NCBI GenBank assembly: GCA_040954595.2 | Contig: CM082579.2 | Location: 12,525,834 to 12,589,833 of the forward strand | DNA from: Balanoglossus misakiensis | Taxonomy: Eukaryota; Animalia; Hemichordata | Direction of reading: 5' to 3' | DNA: 64,000 nucleotides | In this document: piece by piece, positions 1 to 11,619 of the stretch | Layout of the letters: each line of letters begins with the position of its first letter | Position numbering within the stretch: position 1 is the first letter of the stretch | The notes under the pieces: generated by a model | Databases searched by the model: none | The model's input: the letters and a program-made list of their open reading frames with translations, nothing else | Told to the model about the DNA's origin: nothing | Translations under genes and position numbers: made by a program

Positions 1-777
1 AAATTGGAAGGCTGCAGAGGGGGGGGGTTTCTCAAAAATTGTAGATGAAGAGGGGGGGGGGTCACTCATTTTTGGGAAATGTATCAAAGTTTTTCAACTG
101 AAAGATTTAGTTGTGTGCTGTGCACTATCAAAGTATTTGTCCCAAAATTTGCTGATAAAGGATTGGCATGCTTGCCTGATCATGCATAAAAACGCCTGGC
201 TGTACAAGAGAAGTACATTAAATCATACATAATACATTTTACAGTTGTTACAAGAGGGGGAAGGACAGCCGGATCATGGCGGAATGCTCCCAGCAGATAC
301 CTATATTAGCACATAGAACTGAACTACCTGAACTGTTGTTAATTCACAGAAATATATTTTCACCAACAAAGTTTGATAATCATTTTGACTTTTAACGATG
401 CCTGTCCAAATTACACAATGCTACTTGATGGTTACTGGTTATGGGTGAGCTTTTACGGTAGTTACTTTGAGATTGTTTTGTTGTTTCACCCTTTTCAATC
501 CATCATGATGCAACTGATGATCACCTACAATGTAGCAGGGTGAACCTGGAGTTGAAAGGTCTTTTACTACACTACTGTAATAGTGATTTATACAGATACA
601 TGTATTGATATGTAGTTGTTCCGGTTTTAGGGGGGGGGGGCAGTCGAAATTTCTGTGTTGGAAGGGGGGGTTTCTCAAAATCTGCATGCTTGGCAGGGGG
701 GGTTTCTCAAAATTTTGGAGTTTCTAGTGTAATTCCTCCGACCCCCCCCCCCCAGGCCGTAAATAATGACGGCTCCC
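1..777. mobile_element. Right part of a PIF/Harbinger-type MITE (left end outside the window)
   Basis: Ends in GGCCGTAAATAATGACGGCTCCC followed by TTA. Poly-G/C tracts; same terminal style as the GGGACCGTTCAG MITEs below. Confidence 0.6.
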
Positions 778-1633
778 TTATCATGTTTATTCGTCAGACA
801 GTCATTAGTAATGAACTCTACATTTGCATGATGATTGTCACAAGCAGTGGTATTTTGGTATCGTGTCCCCGCGGGCGTCACCGAATATCAACTTGTAAAC
901 TCACACACAAGGTGCGTGTGAGCCTATCTAAAACACACACCTTGTGCATGAGTCTATCTAAAACACACTGGGTATGGAGACCAGGCTACAGATCAGTACA
1001 CGTCCTTTAGTGTTAATGCCGCATTTATTTAGTGCATCAGAGCCAGCGGTGAATTTGACATTTTATTAACAGTCACAGGGATCGGGTGACATTTTATTAG
1101 TATTCACTATATGAGGAGCTCAGCTGGCGTATTTTTATTTTATTTTTCACCGTATCGCGGGATATAAGTAGACTTTTCGAAAATGCCAAGTGTAACTTCG
1201 AAACCACTTCCCTTTATTCGCTGATGATATATGCAATAAATACAACATTTGTGTCTGAAGCCGAGCGATTTGTCATCATTGCATTTGGTCGATAAATAAT
1301 AATAATAGTAATTTATTTATTAATCAGTGTTCAAAATACTACTACAAAATACAGAATAAAGAGTTAAAAATACAACAAAATACAGAATAAATTGTCAAGT
1401 CAGACAGCTAAAATAAAACAGTCAACTGCAACACCACCACCACAAAAATCAGTCTTCATCAATCGGAAAGAACAATAAATAAAAAAAGTGAATTTCATTG
1501 ACGGGCAAACTTTCACAAAATAATTGTTTGGGTTTAGTAAAACTCGGGAGTACATATCAGCAATCAAAATTTCTTCGCACGAGAGAGGAAGTAAAACTAC
1601 GCAGCCGGTTCAATCCCATGATCAAGCCTGCGC

Positions 1634-2757
1634 TGTATCACCCCAATATGTAATAATTAACCCAATATGTAATACTAACCCAATATGTAATAACACCTTA
1701 ACCAAATATGTAATACTAACCCAATATGTAATATCACTTAACCCAATATGTAATACTAACCCAATATGTAATAACACCTTAACCCAATATGTAATACTAA
1801 CCCAATATGTAATAACACTTAACCCAATATGTAATAAAGTTGAATTCTACATGAAATAACGTTAATTCTACATAAAAAAATACGTTATTAGTTAACCCTA
1901 TATGTAATAAACGTTAATTCTACATGAAATAACGTTAATACTACATGAAAAAATACGTTTTTAGTTAACCCAATATGTAATAAACTTGAATTCCACATGG
2001 AATAATGTTAATTCTACATGAAACAACGCTAATACTACATGAAAAATACGTTATTAGTTAACCCTATATGTAATAAACGTTAACCCTATATGTAATAAAC
2101 TTGAATTCTACATGAAATAACGTTAATTCTACATGAAATAACGTTAATACTAAATGAAAAATACGTTATTAGTTAACCCTATATGTAATAAACGTTAACC
2201 ATATATGTAATAAACTTGAATTCTACATGAAATAACGTTAATTCTACATGAAAAAATACGTTATTAGTTAACCCTATATGTAATAAACGTTAATTCTACA
2301 TGAAATAACGTTAATACTACATGAAAAAATACGTTATTAGTTAACCCAATATGTAATAAACTTGAATTCTACATGAAATAACGTTAATTCTACATGAAAA
2401 AATACGTTATTAGTTAACCCTATATGTAATAAACTTTAACCCAATATGTAACACTAACCCAATATGTAATAACACTTTAACCCAATATGTAATACTAACC
2501 CAATATGTAATAACACCTTAACCCAATATGTAATACTAACCCAATATGTAATAACACCTTAACCCAATATGTAATACTAACCCAATATGTAATAACACCT
2601 TAACCCAATATTAGTTAACCCAATATGTAATAAACTTGAATTCTACATGAAATAACGTTAATTCTACATGAAAAAATACGTTATTAGTTAACCCTATATG
2701 TAATAAACTTTAACCCAATATGTAACACTAACCCAATATGTAATAACACTTTAACCC
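1634..2757. repeat. AT-rich compound minisatellite (AACCCAATATGTAATA and TTAATTCTACATGAAATAACG units), possibly the subterminal array of a TGT-ended DNA transposon
   Basis: Dozens of near-identical units, starting abruptly at TGTATCACCCCAATATGTAATAA. No matching right end seen. Confidence 0.85.
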
Positions 2758-3266
2758 ATTCGAGAGGATGTCAACGCTATATGATTTTTACAGTCGTCAG
2801 AAATTTCGTGATTACACAAAAACTAAAGGACAGAAGTTGCCAAAAAATCATTCAGTAACAATCCAGTATACCTACCTTCAAGTGAATCCACGGTTTTGTC
2901 TTAAAATAATCCACATCGCCAGAAAACAGCTCTATAATATCGAGTAAAAATTGGCCTATTTCGCAACCCGTCTGCAGCGGAACCCACTCTAACGGCTACA
3001 TGGTTTGAAGTACTTTCCCTCATTAACATATGTTAATGAGTACCGTGCGATCTGACTGCAATGTCACTACATTTATTTTTATAAGCAGTCCTAAAACTAG
3101 GTGTGGGAATGACATGTATTATAATTATAGGATGATGGGCATTACGATGCTTCATTTCGCTCAGCTGTGGATAGGCGTTACATTTTGTAACCTGCAGTTA
3201 TGACACTGAGCTATTGGTGGACCAGACATTTTAGCAAACAATAAACTGAGCTTTGGGTGGGAATAT

Positions 3267-5192
3267 TTTATTGAACGCCTATTGACTGGCCACTAGGGCC
3301 ATAGCAGCCGTTTATTACCAGAATCACCTGCATACGATTCTGGTAACTCACAGTCACGAGGCCATGCCATAGGTGTTTTATAATAAACCTAATGCTAAGA
3401 GTTTATGTTTGCAATATTGAACAAGTTTAATTAAACACCTTTAATACGAAATACAAAAAGTAACAAAATTAACCGGCGGCGGTGGAGAAGTAGTCAGTTC
3501 ACTCAAAATTGACCGTTGCAAGGGCGATGCCATTATCATGATTATCGGAGCTCGCGAAGACTGCGGCCTTTCTACAGTTTGTGCGCCTTCTATCTGTTCG
3601 TTTGTCGACGAACTTCCTTGAATAACACTGGAAAGTGTACGGGTCATTTCTCGCTTCTTGTCTTCACCAACTCTTCTATTATAACTTCTGATACTGCTCA
3701 CTGATTTGTGACCACTAACTCCCATGATAATGCTGTGCCTCGAAGCCTTTGTCATCCAACGTCGTCACAGTGGTAGCATGCAAACAGTGGTTAGTGTACG
3801 TACGAGAACATTCAGCCTGGACAGGTATTTTCTTCATTTTATCGGCGAGCGTATTTTACCAACTGCTACGATGTCATACCAGACAGTGTAATCTTCACTT
3901 TTCAGTGCTGGTTTTGGCCACTGCCAGAAAGCCTCACAGTATGGGTTCTAGCTTTCAATTGCTAAATACAATTCAAAAGACCAAACTGGACATAGCGAGT
4001 TTTCAGGAGTCTAGTACATCCTCCCCCTTGACTCATTTCCACGTCGTCTGTACAGCCACAGTGAATTTTCGTCAGAATATCTTGACAGAGCGACACATAT
4101 TTCAGGCCCGTTGAATCACGTTGGGCGACGTCATGTTACGTAGGTTTGCGCGGCTATGATTGCATAGATATATCATAATTTCAACGAAAACATTGTTTTG
4201 TAGCCCGCGTGGCATTGGCTTGTCAAGTGCAGACAACAACATGATTTTCGTCACGTCATCTTTGGTAACAAGCATTGCAGAGAATACATCATCAGCAGGC
4301 TTGAAAATCTCACTGTGGATGATGTCGGTGCCACACTGTTTCAGAAAATCCCGTTGTAAGCCATATCGTATTGTTATCATTGACGTACTCGAATACAGCT
4401 GTGTGTTGTTCTGTTAAACCCCAGCGTAGAAATCCCGCAGCGTGCGACACAAATTGGCTGGCGGTGCAGACTTTTCCACGTCAGATATGGTTGTACCAAT
4501 TTCTTTACAAAACAAAGTATAAATCTTCGTGGGGTACTGAACTACATATTTGGTGTTACGTGAATCTTTGCTGTCGACAAGGTGTAGCAGTTCTTGCTCC
4601 GACAAAAGGGAAATTCTTGCAATTTTCTCTTGAGGTTGGCAGGCGATATAAATATATAAATACAAGTTCATAAAATAAATGTCATGTATACAACTGAGCC
4701 GACTTTATATTATTTATAAATACATTATCATGATTTAAATGGTTTGCAAATCTACGGATGTTAAACAACGACTTTTGAATAAATAAAATGGCTGAATAAT
4801 AAGGTAACAAACGGCACCCCATAGGTGTGGCGTGATTTGAGAACCAGTACGAAACAGAAGTTACCATAGCTGTGGAAACACAGCTGTTCCGCCAGGGGGG
4901 GATATGCTCATTACCCGGATTAGCATGTTCTCCTCCCCCTGGCGGAACAGCTTGATCTTCTTCTAATGAAGTTGATCTTCTTCTCATGAAGTTGAATGCA
5001 CCACACAACATGTACAAAACCACAGGACAACATGTCAAATGCACAGACAACGTATATGAATGCACAAGACAACATATATGAATGGACAAGATAACATGTT
5101 AAATGCACAACAAAACATGTTAAATGCACAAGAAAACATGAGTGGCTTTCCATAGAATCAAGACACAGTATTCGCATGAATTATATTATAAT
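3267..5192 (-). mobile_element. Degenerate Crypton-like (tyrosine recombinase) DNA transposon
   Basis: Imperfect terminal hairpin at 3267-3385 (core TTACCAGAATC...GATTCTGGTAA). The other end, CCATAGAATC...GCATG...TATAATA, resembles the ends of the non-autonomous hairpin elements. Encloses a YR pseudogene. Confidence 0.65.
3441..4671 (-). pseudogene. Tyrosine recombinase, DUF3504/KCTD1-like (CryptonA-like), with stops and frameshifts
   Basis: Joined frames give SMITIRYGLQR..DII..F, PRGLQNNVFVEIMIYLC..RANLRNM, YTNHCLHATTVTTLDD and IMGVSGHKSVSSIRSY, matching the YR R / HxxR / H / Y pattern (R of HxxR mutated). Confidence 0.8.
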
Positions 5193-5460
5193 AGTGTCTT
5201 AATTAGAACAGAGCTGGTGGTGAGCAAGAGATTTTATCAGTCATTGTACTGAGCTATAGCGTTGGGCATTACATTTTATTAGCAGTTATTGTACTGAGTT
5301 ACGGGTGGGTGTGACATCTTGTCTATCATCTGTCACTAATAAACACCTTTGGTGAAAATTCTATTTTATAAGCTTTCATAGGACGGGCATTTGTACTGAG
5401 CTAGGGGTGGATGTGACATTTTGTTAACAATCATTAAACTAAGCGTTGGGCTTTGAATAT

Positions 5461-5856
5461 TATAGAAATAATGGACGACGCTCTGACCGTTAACGTTTGT
5501 TTATGGGCAAGGGCGAGGGGAAAGCCAAAAATTCATGGGCGAGGCTTCCGAGCCCATGAATTTTGACTTTTCTTCGAGCCCGAGCCCATAAACAAACGTT
5601 AATGGTCAGGGCGGAGTCGGTTACTTCCATTATATTACCAACGAAGTCAAGAAAACCGTCAGAATTTACGAAAATGTCCCACTAGTGGCCCTGGAACTTG
5701 TGTTACACAAATGTTGTATTCACTGAACTGTTTTCTAATATTACTATTAAGATTTACGGGCATGTTAACAAACCATTACTGAGTATTTGTGGTCAGTTAC
5801 GTCGTTCATCTCGACCAATTGAAATGCGACGCACAGGCCATGCATGGTAATATAAT
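5461..5856. mobile_element. Non-autonomous hairpin-ended element (Crypton-like architecture)
   Basis: Near-perfect ~170-bp hairpin at 5461-5632, then ATTATATTACC, whose reverse complement GGTAATATAAT forms the far end. No classical TSD. Confidence 0.7.
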
Positions 5857-7133
5857 GTCGTATAACAGCTTGTGTATGGTGGGCATGACTTTTTATTATC
5901 ACATAGTTATTGTACTGAGCGAGGGATGGGGTGATGCGTTATTGCTGAGCTATAGGGGTAGGCATGACATTTGATCAGTTATTGTCCTGAGTTAGGGATG
6001 AGTGTGACATTTTATTAACACTCATTAAACTAAGCTTTGGGCTTGGAATATTGTTGTCTAACAGCTAGTGCATAGTTTTTATTTGCACACGGTCATTGTA
6101 CTGAGCTAGGGGATGGACTGATGGCAGTCATTGCTGAGTTATGGGGTGGGGGTAGCCATTACATTTTCGTAGTCTTTGAACAGAGGATGGGATGAAGTAT
6201 TATTGGTTTAAAAGTTTTCTTTTTTTGTTTACGTGCGTTGGAGTGGGGTGGACTTGAAACCGTCTGCATAACTGTGCATACCAGTACAAGGTGAGTTGGG
6301 GCGCCTTGAAACTTATTTAACACGCGTTCGTACGGAACAGCTTTTTAGTGCACGCTAAATTCTATTGTTCTTGGTGCCAGATGTATAATCATTCTTTTTC
6401 TAGTAAAGATTTGGAAACCCCATGGATGACAGCATAAAATTTACTTGCTCATTTTTGATGTGAGCGTATGACTTATTGCATTGTCCATGCAGGAGATCAT
6501 CTGTCCTGTATATTGGATGTCATTACTTCAGTGGTAATGCTGAGTGCAAAAGATGAGCAACTCACAGAGGCCATCAATTTCTTCTTTGGAATGAAGTTGA
6601 CAGGAAAAGTTATATGTCTCTTACCTAGCTGGTATTATAAATCAATACAAGGTAAGTGTAATGTGCCTTTTGTGTTTATAGGGAAGAAGAGGAAACATTT
6701 AGGAATTCCAAAGCCTGTGCATCAGATTCTGAGAAGTTTCCTCCGACAAGATGACTTTCTTTTCACTGACTTAAACCAACTGTGCTTGATTTCATCGTCA
6801 TTTCAAGATCAGACCCCCCCCCTTCCCCAGAGGTTGCAGTTGAACATGATCAATCAATCTTTACCTCAGTTATTATGGTCCAGATTTCAATGATTTGTAA
6901 TTGTGTCATAGAGAGAGAAGGGACAGGGTATATACAATGTGTATATCTCAGTATACCAACACTGCTTTAAGTTTGCTATTGAAATAGCATATTTTCAAAT
7001 TAATCTCATCCTATTGCTTTATCACAGTCCTAATAACCACTACGGTTTATTAAGCTTAACCTGAAGGTTTTTAGGGTCCTATAGACACAATAAGCATTGC
7101 GCGTAATAAGTACTGTGTGTAAAATAATACTAA

Positions 7134-7968
7134 GGGACCGTTCAGTTTTTACGGCTGGGGGGGGCGGCAAGTTTGTGTCATGGGTTTTCAAAAATGATGA
7201 CCCCCCTTTGACTGGCCCAAAAATATGATGACCCCCCCCCCCACGCCGAAAACATTCGCCGTCAAAAGAACATTAACTTAATATTGGGTGTGGTGGTGTG
7301 GCAAGTAGTATGCCCTTGTACACTAGACAAACCAGCCAATAAATGAAATGTGGCGAAGAATGGAGGGGGTGGGTGGGACACCCCCTCCCACATTACACAA
7401 TTTTGTAAAATAAAGGGCGCGAAACTGCAATTTTGTGAACTCAAAAGCAAAAGTTTTGTGGCAAAAGTAAGTGACCCCCCCCCCCCCAAACGTTTTACAA
7501 AAAACGATGACCCCCCTTTTGGACTTCAGAATTTAAGTGACCCCCCCCCCCCCCTGGATTTTGCCGCCCCCCCCCCCCCAGCCGTAAAAACTGCAAATGC
7601 AACTTTGAGCACTGTATTTTACACACCCACCCCCGCCACTTTTCTTGTTTTACCACTTCTAATTGTTTTGACTAGTCATTTTAATTTGTTCCTAGATTTC
7701 TTATTGCAACGATATACTATTATAAACTTCAATTACTTTAAGAAAGTTATAATTGAGGTGTGAGGAGCCTCATTCCCTTTATTGCATACAGTGTACATAG
7801 GATCAGGACGGCGAATGTTTTCGGGGGGGTCATCATATTTTTGAGCCTGCCAAAGGGGGTTCATCATTTTTTGGTCCTGGGTCAGGGGGGGGGGGGTCGG
7901 CCTGATTTTGAAAACCGATGACACAAACTTGCCGCCTCCCCCCCCAGCCGTAAAAACTGGACGGTCCC
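7134..7968. mobile_element. PIF/Harbinger-type MITE, family A (chimeric copy)
   Basis: TIR GGGACCGTTCAGTTTTTACGGC at both ends, flanked by TAA and TTA. An internal truncated TIR lies at 7581-7593. Confidence 0.85.
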
Positions 7969-8919
7969 TTAGAGCGCATTATTGTAGACAAAGTAAAGTT
8001 TAAATAAACTTAATGGTAGACAAGGGATTATTTACAAAACTTGTGTGAAACGGTTGTGTTTAGAAAGCAAACATGACAATGGACACTAAACCACCATTGC
8101 ATGATGTTCAACTTGCCCTTTCTCTCTACAAACTTGAATTGTCATTTTTTCATTGTACTTGCCTTTTGAATTAGTAACCGCCATTGAAATTGTTGAGAAA
8201 TAAATTAAAGTCCATGTCCTGTCACATTTTGCTCCTTTTGTTGTCATTATTCATTTGTATCCGAGTTATCGCTGTTTCTATTATTGTTACAGAGAATTAA
8301 ATATCAAATATGGATGAAACTATCTTGCGCCAATCTTGAAAAAACGCCTGAAAAGTTGTAGTGTATGCAGAAAATCAGCACAACTTTTCTAGAAATTGCT
8401 GAGTGCGCACTGTTTTCACCCCATACACCTGTGACGTCACTAGTAGAACAAGTAACAAACATGTCTGCCATTCGTACGGCGCGGTGCCTGTGGTGGTGCA
8501 CGATTTTGAAAGTGAAACCGATGACTGTGGCTGCATTACTTGTGAAACCAGAAGTGACAGCGAATGTGGTGATAGTGACCAACTTCTAGAGGCTATCGTA
8601 ATGTCTAGCCAATATAATAATTGTCATGAATTCAATGCATATTCATAGTTTCTTTTGTCGCATTGTGCTTTTTTTTTGACCTGGCGTGTGCGGTCAGTGC
8701 GCAGGCGTCCGTGTAATTGTCTTTTCCGTATTAAATTTTGAAGTCCACGTGTATGCGTCCCCATTTTTTTTAACCAAGCAGTTGCTGGAAGGAAGGTGGA
8801 TACGACGCCCAAGTAAGTTTTGGACATGTCAATGCGATAGTGAAAGTTGGTAGTGCGAATCTGAGGGGATATGATGATGGATTTTTGAAAACACCGAAAA
8901 CATGATTTAGTTGAAAGAG

Positions 8920-11300
8920 AAGCGCAAAGGAAACATGAATTACAGATGAGACAGCTTGAAGTCGGTAGTGTCGAAGGGGGGTGTCATTTTGATGCTGGTT
9001 CTGATTTGGCGAAATCTCCCAAGTTACCCGCTTTTGTTGATGGGAAGGATGAGGTAAATAGTTATTTGCTCCGTTTTGAACCCTTCGCAACTAGTAATAA
9101 ATGGGATAAGCCAAAGTGGGCATCTTTATTAAGTGCATTGTTAACGGGTAAAGCTTTAGATGTTTATTCTAGACTGTCTGATACGGCAGCGCAGAAGTAT
9201 GACGATGTTAAGGATGCTTTGTTGAAGAGATACGAATAAACAGAGGATGGCTATAGAGCCAAGTTTATGAATTTCAAACCCGAACATGGGGAAAGTTGTG
9301 ATCAATGTTTGGTCCGTTTGATGAATTATTTCCATAAGTGGATCGACTTATCTGGTACTGTGAAGGATTTTGATAATGTATGTGAACTTATAGTCAAACA
9401 TAAGTTTATTGAAAGATGCCCCAAGGACTTGGCCGTACATCTGCGTGAAAAGAACCCTAAAACTTTAGAAGAAGTTGCAGATATTGCAGATCGTTACCTG
9501 CTGGCTCACGACAGACGTTTAACGTCGCTTGTAAACAATACTGATACAAAGCCTGTAACAAAAAAAGGGAACGCCGTCCTGCCAGTAGTGGTGGAAGCGG
9601 CATTGAAACCTCCAGTATTCAGTGTTATCGATGCAAGGGGTACGGCCATTTGTCCAAAGATTGTGCAAGCAAAATTGACCATAAAAATGTGTTTGGGGTT
9701 AAATGCCTTAACTGTGGTCGTTTGGGACATAAAGCCCAAACGTGTAGGTTTCAGACTAAGTCGGGTGAGAAACCCACTCCCAAAAAAGTAGGAGCTGTAG
9801 TGACTAACATTGATGCGATTCTTTACGTAAAGGGAGAGATGAGCGCCGCTTGTCTTGTAAGGCCAGAGCCTGCAACAAAGGCTGATGTGGAGTCATGTAT
9901 AAAAAAATGGCGAACTTCTATTGGCTGGTGGGAAAACGATACCACTAGTTCACACCGTGTGTTTTCAGCCATTAGAAGCGAAAATGCCTACTGTAAAAGG
10001 GAAAATTGGTGACATTGCTGTAACTACTTTGCAGTGGTGTTGTTGTCAAAAGGGAATTTGTGAAAGATGACCAATATACAGGCAAATTTTGTTGTATGCT
10101 TATGGTTGACAACACTGCTCGCACAGTGTCCGTTGCTAAAATTCATATTGATACTCCTTATTTGACTGGCGAGGTAGAGGCACAGTGTTTGCCTGATGCT
10201 ATTTATGATTTAGTAATCGGTAATGTTCCTGGAGCAAGAGCGCCAGGTGATCCTGATACAAATTGGTCAGAAAAATGCGCTGTAGTTACTAGGGCTATGG
10301 CTAAAAAGAGCGACCAGTGCAAGCCCTTGAAAGTGCTTGCTGCCAGTAAATGTATTGATGTTTGTAAAGAGAAATGCAACGCAGTGACTCTGCTCTTGAT
10401 AAATATTTGTCATTGAGGTCAAAGGTGAACGGGAAGTAGTATTTTTGGTAAGGGGTGGTGTGTTGTACAGATAATATACTCATCCATATTTAAATCATGG
10501 AAATCATGGAACACTTGTGAAACAGATAATGGTTCCAAAAGCATTGCGTAATCAAGTTATGTCAGTTGCCCATGATTCTATAACAGGTGGCCATATGGGG
10601 ATAAAGAAAACCACAGACAGAGTATTGACAAATTTCTATTGGCCAGGTATTCATGGTGACATAACACGTTTTTGTAGATCTTGTGATATTTGCCAGAGAA
10701 CCATATCTAAAGGCAAAGTCATTAAGGTTCCCCTTCAGAAAATGCCGTTGATAGATGAACCATTCAAAAGAGTAGCCGTAGATTTAGTTGGACCCATACA
10801 CCCTCCAAGTGAGAGTGGCCATAGATATATACTTACCCTTGTCGACTACGCTACTAGATATCCAGAGGCTGTGCCATTAAAGCGCATCAGCGCTGAGGAT
10901 GTAGCAGAAGCATTAGTTGACATGTATAGCCGACTTGGTATACCTGAAGAGATTTTTTATGATATGGGGACACAATTTGTATCAGAATGGATGCGTGAAG
11001 TTTCCCGTTTACTTGGAATCAGGGGAATGTCAACCACACCATATCACCCGATCTGTAATGGTTTGGTCGAAAAATTCAATGGTGTTTTAAAGTCGATGCT
11101 CAAACGTCTTTGTAGCGAACAGCCCACTCAGTGGCATCGCTACATCAACGCATTATTATTTGCATATAGGGAGGTGCCCCAAGAGTCAACTGGTTTTGCC
11201 CCATTCGAGTTGATCTAGGGAGAACAATTCGTGGGCCGATGCATATTCTTAAACAGCTTTGGACAACAAAAACTGATGAGACTGAAGTGATATCAAGCAT
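8920..11300 (+). pseudogene. Gmr1-like Ty3/Gypsy relic: SCAN-like Gag, two CCHC knuckles, protease, then integrase; truncated before RT
   Basis: Gag motifs YLLRFE..W..LLTGKALDVY and LREKNPKTLEE; knuckles CYRCKGYGHLSKDC and CLNCGRLGHKAQTC; protease tail YDLVIGN; integrase HHCC (AHDSITGGHMG..CDIC) and core (VAVDLVGP, DMGTQF, NGLVEKFN). Several stops and frameshifts. Confidence 0.85.
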
Positions 11301-11304
11301 TCGG

Positions 11305-11570
11305 TAAATGAACAGCATACTGTTTTAAATCATCTCATTGATGCTGGTATAACTAAAATCGGTGACCTTGTTGATCCTATTTCTAGATGTTGGTTAACTG
11401 CTCACAACATTATTAACAATTTCCCCTTTCACTCCCGTAGGACTTTAAGCAAAGTTATTGCTTCTTTACGGAATTCTATTCCTGTACATTGGAAATCTAT
11501 GCCACAACATTCATTCTCTGAAAATGTTAATCTTGATGTTCAAATTTCTCTCGAAAACACCCGTTATACC
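11305..11570 (+). pseudogene. Fragment of an L1/Tx1-like LINE ORF2 C-terminal region
   Basis: Translates HLIDAGITKIGDLVDP...LRNSIPVHWK, the GIxxIxDL / IPxxW pattern seen in Tx1/L1 ORF2. Confidence 0.5.
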
Positions 11571-11619
11571 GGTAGTCAACATCGAAAGTCAAGGAGTTCT
11601 GATGGCAACGGATATGTGT

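Larger units (their letters stand above)
3060..6190. repeat. Degenerate ~40-45 bp tandem repeat (TGACATTTTATTAACAGTCATTGTACTGAGCTAGGGGTGGG), interrupted by two hairpin-ended elements
   Basis: Units recur at 3060-3266, 5200-5460 and 5860-6190, with a remnant at 1050-1130. Confidence 0.7.

Noticed and set aside
8622-8827. Possible 5' LTR (TGTCA...GGACA) of the Gmr1-like relic
   Set aside because: No second copy and no clear PBS, so it cannot be supported.
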